A stretch of 49,520 bases of DNA. Source: an uncultured Methanoregula sp. (GTDB lineage Archaea > Halobacteriota > Methanomicrobia > Methanomicrobiales > Methanospirillaceae). The notes below the pieces were generated by a model, which made no database searches, was not told the origin of the DNA, and was given only the letters and a program-made list of their open reading frames with translations. Made by a program: the position numbers and the translations under genes. Where the stretch lies: NCBI GenBank assembly GCA_964457995.1, contig CAYWHL010000002.1, forward strand, positions 1 to 49,520, in the 5' to 3' direction. Each line of letters opens with the position of its first letter. The first letter of the stretch is position 1. Positions 10,539 through 20,092 of the stretch are shown piece after piece.

Positions 10539-11508
10539 CCAGCCACCTGGCGGCATCGCCTGCAAAATAGGTGATGATCAGTTCAGCCCCGGCACGTTTT
10601 ATGGAAGTCAGGCTTTCTAATACAGTCTCCTTTTCCCTGATCCATCCATGTTCAGCTGCACATTTGATCATGGAATATTCACCACTTACCTGATACGCGG
10701 CGACTGGCAGGCCAAGCGTTGCGATCTCTGAAAGAATATCGAGATAAAATAAGGCCGGTTTTACCATAAGGATATCAGCTCCTTCATCAGCATCCATCTG
10801 CGATTCAAGGATTGCCTCACGGGAATTGCCAGGATTGATCTGGTATGTGGTCCGGTCACCAAATGCAAATCCCGAATCAGCCGCTTCGCGGAATGGCCCG
10901 TAGAGGGCAGAGGCAAACTTGGTCGAGTAGGACATGATCAGAATGTTCTCAAAACCGGCATCATCCAGTGCTGCACGTATTGAACCAACCATACCATCAA
11001 GCATGCACGATGGAGCAATGACATCGGCGCCGCTCTCAGCATGGCTTATCGCGATTTTATTCATCAGCTCAAGGGAAGGATCATTGAGCAGGTCAGGGCC
11101 ATACCGGGTATCCCCGACAATCCCGCAGTGACCATGGTCGGTATATTCGCAGGCGCAGACATCTGTAATAACCACCATCTCTTTTACTTCCGCCTTGACC
11201 CTGCGGACTGCCTGCTGCACAACACCTTCCGGATGATAGGCAGAGCAACCTTCTGGATCTTTATCCCGGGGGATACCAAAGATCAGGATTGCCCGGATGC
11301 CCTTCTTCCATAACTCCGCTGCCATCGGTGCAATATCGCTGACCGGATAGCGGAACTGGCCGGGCATCGATTCGATAGGGAGGGGAGCAGTGATTGTCTC
11401 ATCAACAAAAAGCGGCGCGATGAGATCATTTTTCGATAAGCCGGTTTCGCACAGGAGCGGCTGAATCACGCGTGACCGTGACCGCCTCATCCGTCGCTGG
11501 GGAAACAT
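10525..11508 (-). CDS. hemB: Porphobilinogen synthase (ALA dehydratase)
   Basis: [14 protein letters not shown] Zn motif, [36 protein letters not shown]. Confidence 0.96.
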   Translation of the reverse strand: MFPQRRMRRSRSRVIQPLLCETGLSKNDLIAPLFVDETITAPLPIESMPGQFRYPVSDIAPMAAELWKKGIRAILIFGIPRDKDPEGCSAYHPEGVVQQAVRRVKAEVKEMVVITDVCACEYTDHGHCGIVGDTRYGPDLLNDPSLELMNKIAISHAESGADVIAPSCMLDGMVGSIRAALDDAGFENILIMSYSTKFASALYGPFREAADSGFAFGDRTTYQINPGNSREAILESQMDADEGADILMVKPALFYLDILSEIATLGLPVAAYQVSGEYSMIKCAAEHGWIREKETVLESLTSIKRAGAELIITYFAGDAARWLDEKQ

Positions 11509-11576
11509 ATTTGTATTACCATCTCCTGTATTCTGCCTGTTTACACTTTCTTAAATCCATCATATTTATGATTATA

Positions 11577-12311
11577 TTATCTACTGCCGCCAGTCTCTTC
11601 TGCAGTATGGTGCTTGAGAGCATACGCAAGCCTGAGCGCGCTCGTTATCAGGTTGCGGAGGTCTTCTTGTGTATACCGGTTACTCTCAATCTGCTTCCAG
11701 TCTTTGGTGGTGTCCTCATCATTTTCGCCAACCCACGATGCAATGGCAACTTCCGGGGTGTGGAACCCAAGCCAGGAAAAAAAATTCATGAGGTTGCCTG
11801 CAACATGCTGCACGCCATCAACGTGGCCGATAATGATAAGACCGGCAACTTTATCGTTGATCATACGGTTCCCGAACCATGAGTACTGGTTTTCAATTGC
11901 ATTCATCCGCTCGACAAATTTCTGAACAATTGCTGAGTGGTTATTCCACCGGATCGGCGTTGCGAGGAGCAGGATATCGCACGCGAGCACCGCGTCATAC
12001 ACGTGCTGCATCTGGTCATCGTCATATTTAAGCGAGCTCTGGCAGGGATACGTGCAGTACGCCGGATTTTCTGAGTAGTTACCCTCGCAGTCATGAATGA
12101 TAAGGTCTTTTAGCCTGATAAATGTCGTTTTGCACCCGAAATCTTTGTATATGTCAAGTGCACGCAAAAGAAGACGTTCGGATTTACTCATTCCGGGTTG
12201 CTGGCGACTCGAACCCGAGAGCCCGAGCACGCTGATTCCTTTGCGTTTTTCAATGTCCAGCGGTGGGATGACCGTGACACCAAATTTTCGTCCGACCAAT
12301 GGTGCAGGCAT
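11577..12311 (-). CDS. Flavodoxin-fold / iron-sulfur-flavoprotein-like (NADPH-dependent FMN reductase family) protein
   Basis: VLGLSGSSR, DDQMQHVYDAVLACDILLLATPIRW, QKFVERM, DKVAGLII; Cys cluster CEGN-x7-C-x3-C. Confidence 0.85.
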   Translation of the reverse strand: MPAPLVGRKFGVTVIPPLDIEKRKGISVLGLSGSSRQQPGMSKSERLLLRALDIYKDFGCKTTFIRLKDLIIHDCEGNYSENPAYCTYPCQSSLKYDDDQMQHVYDAVLACDILLLATPIRWNNHSAIVQKFVERMNAIENQYSWFGNRMINDKVAGLIIIGHVDGVQHVAGNLMNFFSWLGFHTPEVAIASWVGENDEDTTKDWKQIESNRYTQEDLRNLITSALRLAYALKHHTAEETGGSR

Positions 12312-12419
12312 GATTTATTATCAAGGAGCCCGCGATAATCTAGTTATTGATCCACATCTCCGGCTCTTGCGCAACATCATACCGATGACGCCAGCTGCCG
12401 GGGCAGGGAGCGGGATTGT

Positions 12420-12662
12420 ATGCCAGACGACACGAATAAAATCATTGCAGAGAACCGGGCAAAGTGTATCTGCGAACCATGCCCGACGTATAATGAGTGC
12501 ATGCGGGCAGGAGACGAACTCTTGTTCTGTGTAACGGGAAAAAGCCCGACCTGTACCTTTGATAAAAAAGGATGTATCTGCCCAACCTGTCCGGTCAAGC
12601 CAGTCCTGACACTCAAAAAAGCATATTATTGCATCCGGGGATCCGAACAGGAGCAAAAATAA
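12420..12662 (+). CDS. Cys-rich small protein (DUF2769-like)
   Basis: CICEPCPTYNEC...LFCVTGKSPTC...GCICPTCPV....YYCIRG; 10 Cys in 80 aa. Confidence 0.85.
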   Translation: MPDDTNKIIAENRAKCICEPCPTYNECMRAGDELLFCVTGKSPTCTFDKKGCICPTCPVKPVLTLKKAYYCIRGSEQEQK

Positions 12663-12704
12663 GCCTGCGGTTTAAAAATGAGACATTGAACTAAAATAAT
12701 TCCT

Positions 12705-12734
12705 TTCATAAAACCTTTTCAACCTTTTTATGAA
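12705..12734. repeat. 9-bp inverted repeat between convergent genes (possible terminator/operator)
   Basis: TTCATAAAA (12705-12713), 12-nt spacer, TTTTATGAA (12726-12734). Confidence 0.35.
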
Positions 12735-12853
12735 GGTAAGACGGCTCTCATTACTCCTGAATAATTCCCTTTGGAAGGATATTGATTCCCTTGTCTGCCC
12801 TGATTTATTACCTGGCAGAAAAAACCACTCCAAAGCGTGAAACACGAGGCTTA

Positions 12854-14134
12854 TTATTCCCTCCGGATTAGGCCGGTATCGATCCTGTCTCCCTGTGTGA
12901 TTGCTCGCACAAGCGCCATTGCAGCGGCAATGTCACCCTCCTCGGCACTCTCACGGATGGAAAAAGTTGCATCAGTGAGAAGTTTTTTTGCCAGAACCCG
13001 GGTCAGGTCATCGACAATCTCTGCTATCCTGGTATCTGAACAATCCAGTCGGGCGATTGCCCGGTCCCGCTCCCGGACTCGTACGGCATCCGCCCACATG
13101 TGCAGTGCTGCGAGCATATCATCAGCAGATCTCCGGTTCAGGTGACGAAGGAAGATTTCAAGTTCCGCATCAACAAAATCACAGGCCCTCTCGGCTTCTG
13201 CTTTCCGGGTGCTCATGGTCTGCTCGTTGATGGTGCGCAGGTTGTCGATGGAAAAAAGGCGGACCCCGTCAATTGTCTCTGCCCCGTCCTCGACATCCCG
13301 TGGCTGGGCGATATCTATAAGGATAAGCGGACGGGGGTGCCCCTCCACAGGCCAGCACCTGTTTTCCATTGCATGCGCCAGCTCTTTTTTATGTATGATT
13401 GGGTGGGGTGCAGACGTACAGGAGATCACAACATCCGAGAGTGTGATGTAGTGGTAGAGTTCTGACAGGCGTACTGCCTTGCCCCCGATCTTGTTTGCAA
13501 GAATAACTGCCCGCCCGTATGTCCGGTTCGCTACATACATTGCAGTCAGCTGTTTTGCGGCAAGGGCCTGGGCGACCAGCAGCCCCATCTCGCCACTGCC
13601 CACCACAAGAATATGCTTGCCTTCAAGACTCCTGATTTCGGATTCAGCGAGTAGCACGGCGGCAGAACCTACGGACACAGCACCACGGTTGATCAGAGTG
13701 CGTCTGCGCACTTCAATCCCGACGTGCACTGCCTTGTTGATGCAGAATTCCAAAAAGGGGCTTGCAGTGCCGGACTCCTGTGCATCAGCCAGTGTCTTTT
13801 TCAACTGTCCGATGATCTGGTCTTCACCGACAATCATGGAATCGATACCGGAGGCGAGGCTGAAGAGGTGACGAAGTGCTCCTGTGCCGTCATGTATAAA
13901 GAAATCAGATCTTCCCTGTTCGATCAGGAAATCCCTGATCTGCTCTGCATCACCTTCGACGATCAGTTCGACACGGTTGCAGGTCTGGAGCAGGAGAACT
14001 CCCTTGAACCGCTGGCCGGCTTTCTTGAGAAATCCGGGCTCATCAGGAAACCGGAACGCCTCAAGGGCCATGACATTTGCCGTGTGATGGCTTACGCCGG
14101 CTATCGCGAGGAGGGCAGCGGAGGATTCATTCAT
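12854..14134 (-). CDS. hemA: Glutamyl-tRNA reductase
   Basis: LLQTCNRVE, GIDSMIVGEDQIIGQ, VVGSGEMG, VANRTYGRA, IDIAQPRDVE. Confidence 0.96.
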   Translation of the reverse strand: MNESSAALLAIAGVSHHTANVMALEAFRFPDEPGFLKKAGQRFKGVLLLQTCNRVELIVEGDAEQIRDFLIEQGRSDFFIHDGTGALRHLFSLASGIDSMIVGEDQIIGQLKKTLADAQESGTASPFLEFCINKAVHVGIEVRRRTLINRGAVSVGSAAVLLAESEIRSLEGKHILVVGSGEMGLLVAQALAAKQLTAMYVANRTYGRAVILANKIGGKAVRLSELYHYITLSDVVISCTSAPHPIIHKKELAHAMENRCWPVEGHPRPLILIDIAQPRDVEDGAETIDGVRLFSIDNLRTINEQTMSTRKAEAERACDFVDAELEIFLRHLNRRSADDMLAALHMWADAVRVRERDRAIARLDCSDTRIAEIVDDLTRVLAKKLLTDATFSIRESAEEGDIAAAMALVRAITQGDRIDTGLIRRE

Positions 14135-14753
14135 GCAGGAATCTCTCCGTTACCTGCTGGCGTGCCTGTGCAGGATCTTTTTTTAAGGTCTCCCAGAGTG
14201 CCGAATCGTTTAGCACTTCTCGGAGAATGGCGTTCCGGCGGGCCGGGGAGGGTTGATACTGTTTCAGCTGCGCCCGCAGGTCACGCTGCAATGCTATCAT
14301 CTCTTCAAGGGCAGGGTAATGTTTCTCAAGTTGTTCTCGTATGAACCGTGATACGGCCGGGCTGTTTCCCTTTGTGCTGATAGCAAGCGTATAGTTTTTA
14401 CCCATGGTCACCGAGGGAATGATCACATCCCCCGCTTCACCATCCGCGTTATTAAACAGAATCCCCCTTGCCGTGCAGAGGTTTTTTATCCGGTTGTTCT
14501 GGGCCGGATCGGAAAATGCCCCGATTACCAAAAATGCTCCGTCAATTATCCTGTCGAGCACTTCATCAGGAACAGTGCCGGCATCAAGTACTGTGCTTTT
14601 AACTGGCAGTGTTCTGATCTTTTGCGAGAATGAACGGCTCACCACCAGTATATCAGCCTCACCGGAAAAATACGCAACTTTTCGTGATGCGACCTCTCCT
14701 CCCCCGAAAATGACGACACGCTTGCCCGAACAATCCACAAAGAGGGGGATCAT
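14127..14753 (-). CDS. sirC: Precorrin-2 dehydrogenase / sirohydrochlorin ferrochelatase (SirC/CysG N-terminal type)
   Basis: MIPLFVD..GKRVVIFGGGEVASRK, ISTKGNSPAVSRFIRE. Confidence 0.88.
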   Translation of the reverse strand: MIPLFVDCSGKRVVIFGGGEVASRKVAYFSGEADILVVSRSFSQKIRTLPVKSTVLDAGTVPDEVLDRIIDGAFLVIGAFSDPAQNNRIKNLCTARGILFNNADGEAGDVIIPSVTMGKNYTLAISTKGNSPAVSRFIREQLEKHYPALEEMIALQRDLRAQLKQYQPSPARRNAILREVLNDSALWETLKKDPAQARQQVTERFLHE

Positions 14754-14981
14754 CTGGTACTAAATAGAGTGATTGCGTTACTTTAAGATGTTGGAATTGT
14801 CGTGATTATTTCCCTGTTCTCACTTCACCATCGTTCGGGTCCGACCAGGGAAATTGACTGCCCTGTTATCTAAGGACACCATAAAAAGGAATGCAGAAAA
14901 ACGAAAGGACGAATTCCTGCCGGTGTCCAGGGTGTTCGATATACTTAAATTGTTTGAATGCTCACACTTTAGAGCACACCT

Positions 14982-15053
14982 GCGCCGATAGTGTAGTGGT
15001 TATCACTAGGCGTTGCCAACGCCTAAACCCGGGTTCGAGTCCCGGTCGGCGCA
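14982..15053 (+). tRNA. tRNA-Gly (GCC)
   Basis: Acceptor stem GCGCCGA/TCGGCGC, anticodon arm AGGCG-TTGCCAA-CGCCT, T-arm CCGGG-TTCGAGT-CCCGG; TATA-like TACTTAAAT at about 14942-14950 and T-runs downstream. Confidence 0.97.
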
Positions 15054-15179
15054 CTCGGACTTTTTGTGAATTCTGATTGATTTTTCTTTGATTTGATTAT
15101 AAAAAAAATTGATGTTTGAAATTTTTTTAATTTTTTTTTTGGGAAAAATTCAGATTAAAAAACCGGAAACCCTGTCCGC

Positions 15180-16013
15180 TTATTTTCCTTCGAATAATGC
15201 AGCAATATCAAGCTTCGTTGACCGTTCCTTATAGTACCGGAAAAGGTTTTCACCCCATTCTACAGCACATGGTTCACTGCTGAAAATATCAGAAGAACTG
15301 TCGTAGAGGTTTGTATCCTTCTTAAAAAGGCCCAGTGACAGGTACTTATCGGTGACGGTCAGCCCGACCCGCAGTTTCTCACCGGTTATCCATACAGAAA
15401 AATTGGGATAGCCTACAAGCTCCTGCATATTCGATGAATAGGGCTCTTTTGTTAAAAGTTCTATAACTTCGTTATTTACGACAAGTTCGACCGGGATACC
15501 CGTGACCACTTTTTCTGCAATGAACTGGGCAAGACCTGGACTGGCTACTGAAGAAATCCCATGGATATACGCGGCATCCTTCAGGATTTCGAGATAGTGA
15601 GAATATACATAAAACATATCAGTTGTCGTGTCTTGTTTTGCTTCTGATTCATACAGGTCACTAATTCTGGAAAGAAAGGTTTCAGGAAGATCAGAAAGAT
15701 CATGGTCTGTAAAGAATGTGTGATGCTGGTTGATCCCTCCCATGAGCTGAACAAATCCTTCGACATTCATTGCTACTACCCCTCCAAGCGGGGTAAGGTG
15801 GTACTCATAATTCACTGACTCAATAAGTCCCTGTTTTTCAAGGCTGCGGATCTTGGGAATTAATGCCTGGGATGTGCTCCCTGTAACCTCACGCAATCGG
15901 CTGAGGGATGCTTTATTGTGGAGTATGGTAAGCAGAATCTGAATCTTTAGCCGTGAACTGTAAATGGAATGGATAGGTTTCTGGTGTTTTTCATAAATTT
16001 TGATGGAATCCAT
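15180..16013 (-). CDS. Winged-helix transcriptional regulator with DUF1724/FilR1-like C-terminal domain
   Basis: SRLKIQILLTI..SLSRLREVTGSTSQALIPKIRSLEKQGLI..YHLTPLG HTH; FFTDHDLSDLPE and LTVTDKYLSLGLF...WGENLFRYY match this methanogen family. Confidence 0.82.
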   Translation of the reverse strand: MDSIKIYEKHQKPIHSIYSSRLKIQILLTILHNKASLSRLREVTGSTSQALIPKIRSLEKQGLIESVNYEYHLTPLGGVVAMNVEGFVQLMGGINQHHTFFTDHDLSDLPETFLSRISDLYESEAKQDTTTDMFYVYSHYLEILKDAAYIHGISSVASPGLAQFIAEKVVTGIPVELVVNNEVIELLTKEPYSSNMQELVGYPNFSVWITGEKLRVGLTVTDKYLSLGLFKKDTNLYDSSSDIFSSEPCAVEWGENLFRYYKERSTKLDIAALFEGK

Positions 16014-16108
16014 TTAATGTATATTAACACTATGAAGACATATTTTATTCGTTATCAGCTCATCACGTTTACCTCTGGAAGTTCCCCATGCGTATAAATG
16101 ATTTCGTT

Positions 16109-17062
16109 TTAGTAGTGCAGGTAAGACAACGATGAGACCAGAAGACATAATCCTCCAATGGTCAGGAATTGTCCGTCAGAAATGACATCACAGAGAAGAT
16201 CATTCTTTGTCGTTCGATCGATAGAAATGATGCAAAACTGGGAATACACAACAGAAATAACGATCACTCCTGTGGCGACCATCGGAATGACAGAACTTCC
16301 TATCGTGAGAATAATAGCTCCCGCTGAAATATTTATTATCGTGAGGATACTCCGGCTTCGTGCAACACCCACAAGAACCGGAATGGTCGCAACACCGGAT
16401 GCAGAATCTCCGCTCCGGTCCCTGATGTCGGGGAGTACGGAGGCAACAAACGTCCAGCAGAATATGAACAGGAATACAACCATGGACGCTGCACCTGGTG
16501 CTGAAGCACCCAGATATACCGGTACCAGCGAAAACGCGAGTGCCCATGACGTGGAGACCACAAGGTTTTTCATCACCGGGATCTCTTTTAACCGCCGGTA
16601 TCCGCACCACTTCGGCAGTATAGGAACGCTGTAGAATATTCCGCTTATGAGTGGTATCATAACCACACAGAATGCAACAATTCCGTAAAACGCGGCAATG
16701 GTAAGTGCGGTGAGGTATGCACCGAGTGCAGCGATAAAGAGGTGGCGTTCGAACTTTTTAGTGATCCGGAAACGACGTTCATGGTTGAGCGCATCTTCCA
16801 CTTCATCGGTTTTCCGGTTTAAATTATAAACGGAGAATACAATCAGGAACATGACCGCAGCGATGTGGCTTGTCCAGGAAATATCCTGAATGAAACATGA
16901 AGTATATGCCATGCCTACTGCAGCTGAACCAAGGAATAATGAGCTGTAGAGCAGGAATTCTCCATAATCGCGAACTCGCGAAAAGAGGGAATTACTGATG
17001 TTCGATACAAAATGCCTGTGGCTGGTATACTCATGGTAGATAAAAGATTCCATGAGATACAT
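16109..17062 (-). CDS. UbiA-family prenyltransferase
   Basis: YNLNRKTDEVEDALN first Asp-rich motif, YSVP..RRLKEIPVMKNLVVS, PDIRDRSGDSASGVATIPV second motif; about 8 TM helices. Start uncertain. Confidence 0.88.
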   Translation of the reverse strand: MYLMESFIYHEYTSHRHFVSNISNSLFSRVRDYGEFLLYSSLFLGSAAVGMAYTSCFIQDISWTSHIAAVMFLIVFSVYNLNRKTDEVEDALNHERRFRITKKFERHLFIAALGAYLTALTIAAFYGIVAFCVVMIPLISGIFYSVPILPKWCGYRRLKEIPVMKNLVVSTSWALAFSLVPVYLGASAPGAASMVVFLFIFCWTFVASVLPDIRDRSGDSASGVATIPVLVGVARSRSILTIINISAGAIILTIGSSVIPMVATGVIVISVVYSQFCIISIDRTTKNDLLCDVISDGQFLTIGGLCLLVSSLSYLHY

Positions 17063-17287
17063 TCAGGGACAAAAGAAACATTCATTTTGCTGGCGAATGT
17101 TAATCGCAGCGATTAATCTGAATAGCCGTGATAAATAAATGACAATCTATACAATTTTCATTCCGGATATGAAGCTCAGGAAAGATGATATGAGTCAGAT
17201 CCGTTCAGAAAGAATAGTCTCGATTGAATATTAATCTTTCCATATAATTGCCACAATCCATTGAACAGCAGCACAGGATATTTCCCC

Positions 17288-19369
17288 ATGATTTCAGTAT
17301 TGTATGTAGACGACGAACCAGCGCTACTCGAAATCGGCACACACTTTTTAGAGAGATCAGGTCAGTTCCGTGTTGACACCGTGACATCGGCCCCCGAAGC
17401 ACTGCAAAAAATAAAATCAATGTCGTATGATGCGATTGTCTCCGATTACCAGATGCCGGGAATGGATGGTATTGCCCTCCTCAAAGAGATCCGTGCTGAA
17501 TTTCCTGATCTTCCTTTCATCATATTCACTGGTAAAGGCAGGGAAGACGTGGTGATTGAAGCATTTGATAACGGAGCTGATTTTTACCTCCAGAAAGGAG
17601 GAACTCCAACACCGCAGTTTTTAGAACTTGGACACAAGATCATTGCTGCAGTCCGGCGCAGAGAGGCGGAGAAAGCGTTCCAGGATAGTGAGACACGGTA
17701 CCGGAACGTTGTGGAAGACCAGACTGAATTTATCTCACGCTTTCTTCCAAATGTTACCCACGTATTTGTGAACGAGGCATATTGCCGGTATTTTAAAAAA
17801 TCCCGTGATGAGATCATCGGAAAAAAATTTATACCTGATATTCCACAAGAGGATAAGAATCTCGTCAGAGATTATTTTCTCTCCCTGACAAAGGAAAAAC
17901 CGATTGCATCCATCGACCATCGCATCATTATGCCGGATGGTGAGATCCGTTGGCAGCGCTGGAGCGATCGGGCAATTTTTGATGACGGGGGAACACTTAT
18001 CGAATACCAGTCCGTGGGTCGCGATATAACCGAAACCAAACGTTCTGAAGAAGATCTGCGCATAATCAATGAGGAACTCAAAGCAGCGTATGAACAGATT
18101 ACTGCAACCGAAGAGGAGTTGCGACAAAACTACGATGAGCTGAACTATAAAGAGCAGAAACTGCGGGAAAGTGAAGAAAATTACCGCCGCATCGTGGAAA
18201 CGGCGTATGAGGGCATCTGGGTTCTTGACAGTCAGTTCCGGATAATACAGGCAAATGACCGGATGGCAGAGATGCTGGGTTACCAGCCTCACGAGATACG
18301 TCGGCGGTTAATCACGGATTTTATTCACTCGGATGATTTCCCAGACCATGAGTGTCATGCTTCAGTGCGTCGCAAGGGCATAAGAGACCGGTACGAGCGG
18401 CGCTATCTCCGGAAGGACGGGACTTGGCTCTGGACACATGTCTCAGCGACACCTGTCTTCAATAATGACAGATTTGTGGGGTCATTTGCTATGGTTACGG
18501 ACATTTCTGAACGCAAGAGTGCTGAAGAAGCACTCCAGAAAAGCGAACGGCTGTACCGGACAATAGTAGAGACTGCCCCGGGAATGCTTATAATCTGTGA
18601 TTCCATGGGGAAAAACCTGTATGCGAGTTCAAATTGCAGGAATATTACCGGATATACGCAAGCAGAACTTACGGGAAAATTTGTCTGGTGGGTGCATGAG
18701 GACAGTACACCAAAAATGAAATCGCTCTTGAAGGATATGCTGGAAAACAAAGTTAGTGGTCACAATGTCGAGTTCAAAGGAATAAAAAAAGATGGTGAGG
18801 TATGGTTTGGGTCGCAGTCATGGGAGCCGATACAGGATAGTCAGGGTAACCTGATTCAGTATGTGATACAGGTTATTGACATCACTGATCGCAAGAATAT
18901 GGAAGAAACTCTGAAACAATCGGAAAACCGGTTTGCCGATATCATCAACAACCTTCCGGATGCGACCCTGGTAATTGATCCGAATGGTAAGGTCATCGCA
19001 TGGAATAAGGCAATTGAAGATTTGACCGGGGTCAAAGCCGAGGACATGATAGGAAAAGGTAATTATGAGTACGCAATACCATTTTACGATAAGAGAAGAC
19101 CGATTTTAGTAGATTTGATTTTTAAGTCAGATGATGAGATAGCCAAAAACTATTCGGGAATTATCCATAAAAAACGGAATGTCCTTATTGCTGAAACAAC
19201 TCTGCCGCAACCGAAAGGAAAAAGATCCATTCTGTGGGCAAAGGCGTCACCACTCTATGATGACCATGGGACTGTGGTTGGTGCAATCGAATCAATCAGG
19301 GATATCACAGATTGTAAAGAGACCCGGGATCCACTGAAAGGCAGTCAGGTCTGTCTGATAAATGGATAG
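17288..19369 (+). CDS. Response-regulator receiver + 4 PAS/PAC domain protein, no kinase or output domain
   Basis: ISVLYVDDEP...AIVSDYQMPGMDG...FTGKG...YLQK receiver; four PAS-PAC repeats ending in RDIT/TDIS/IDIT/RDIT; no H-box or HATPase. Confidence 0.9.
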   Translation: MISVLYVDDEPALLEIGTHFLERSGQFRVDTVTSAPEALQKIKSMSYDAIVSDYQMPGMDGIALLKEIRAEFPDLPFIIFTGKGREDVVIEAFDNGADFYLQKGGTPTPQFLELGHKIIAAVRRREAEKAFQDSETRYRNVVEDQTEFISRFLPNVTHVFVNEAYCRYFKKSRDEIIGKKFIPDIPQEDKNLVRDYFLSLTKEKPIASIDHRIIMPDGEIRWQRWSDRAIFDDGGTLIEYQSVGRDITETKRSEEDLRIINEELKAAYEQITATEEELRQNYDELNYKEQKLRESEENYRRIVETAYEGIWVLDSQFRIIQANDRMAEMLGYQPHEIRRRLITDFIHSDDFPDHECHASVRRKGIRDRYERRYLRKDGTWLWTHVSATPVFNNDRFVGSFAMVTDISERKSAEEALQKSERLYRTIVETAPGMLIICDSMGKNLYASSNCRNITGYTQAELTGKFVWWVHEDSTPKMKSLLKDMLENKVSGHNVEFKGIKKDGEVWFGSQSWEPIQDSQGNLIQYVIQVIDITDRKNMEETLKQSENRFADIINNLPDATLVIDPNGKVIAWNKAIEDLTGVKAEDMIGKGNYEYAIPFYDKRRPILVDLIFKSDDEIAKNYSGIIHKKRNVLIAETTLPQPKGKRSILWAKASPLYDDHGTVVGAIESIRDITDCKETRDPLKGSQVCLING

Positions 19370-19741
19370 ATATTATACTGTTCTGTTTCTTTGTATACGC
19401 AGAAGGGTGAAAATTCCCTTTTAGTAAATGTTTTTTGGTATTTTATCCGGATTGAAGGAATATATCCTGCTTCATTTATCTCAAAAACAAATAGCAGTTC
19501 CCTGCTCCCGGATCACGTGCTTTGTTATCATCATAACTTAGCCATTCAATTGGATTCTTACCTGCATCAGAAAATACCGGGACATATCGCTCATTCATTT
19601 ACGTATGATTGGAACCATACTGAAATAATAAACCCCTTTTTCCGGAATTACCTTTTTACATGATGTAGTTTTCATTACAATATGATGCAGGAAATATATA
19701 GAAGATCTGGGAATAATGTATTCGCGGACATCACAGTGCAG

Positions 19742-19990
19742 TTAGTGATTTTTCAGATTCATCACTGACTGGCTGATCCCGGCCAGGGTATCGAAATTTT
19801 CCGGTGTAATTATTTCCATAGGAATTTCAATTTTATAGCTGCTCTCAAGATAATCAACGAGTTGAAGCAACCCGATTGAATCAATTACACCGGTTTCTGT
19901 CAATGATTCATGTTCATTGACTGAATTCTTTCCATCAAGAAATCCCCTTGATTTCAAAAAATGCACAATATTCCTGGTTATCTCATTCAT
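19742..19990 (-). CDS. Stand-alone acyl carrier protein (phosphopantetheine-binding)
   Basis: SLTETGVIDSIGLLQLVDYLESSYKIEI..E.ITPENFDTL; the DS attachment motif and helix-II pattern are typical of ACPs. ATG at 19990. Confidence 0.88.
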   Translation of the reverse strand: MNEITRNIVHFLKSRGFLDGKNSVNEHESLTETGVIDSIGLLQLVDYLESSYKIEIPMEIITPENFDTLAGISQSVMNLKNH

Positions 19991-20031
19991 GGAGTTCACA
20001 TCGGTTGAGTCGTACGGATATAAGGCAAATG

Positions 20032-20041
20032 TTTATATAAA
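20032..20041. promoter_or_regulatory. Palindromic TATA box (TTTATATAAA) between the divergent ACP and nadE-like genes
   Basis: Perfectly palindromic TATA 40-50 nt from both start codons; a second TATA-like run (GATATATATTAA) at about 20067-20078. Confidence 0.5.
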
Positions 20042-20092
20042 GTATTTGGTATACTATTTCTAGTAAGATATATATTAACATAATGGTGAATT

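Noticed and set aside
14891-15076. 61-aa ORF
   Set aside because: Overlaps tRNA-Gly and its promoter; not protein-like.
19391-19663. 90-aa ORF after the PAS sensor, considered as a split kinase domain
   Set aside because: TTG start without RBS, no H-box or HATPase motifs; looks like AT-rich intergenic DNA.
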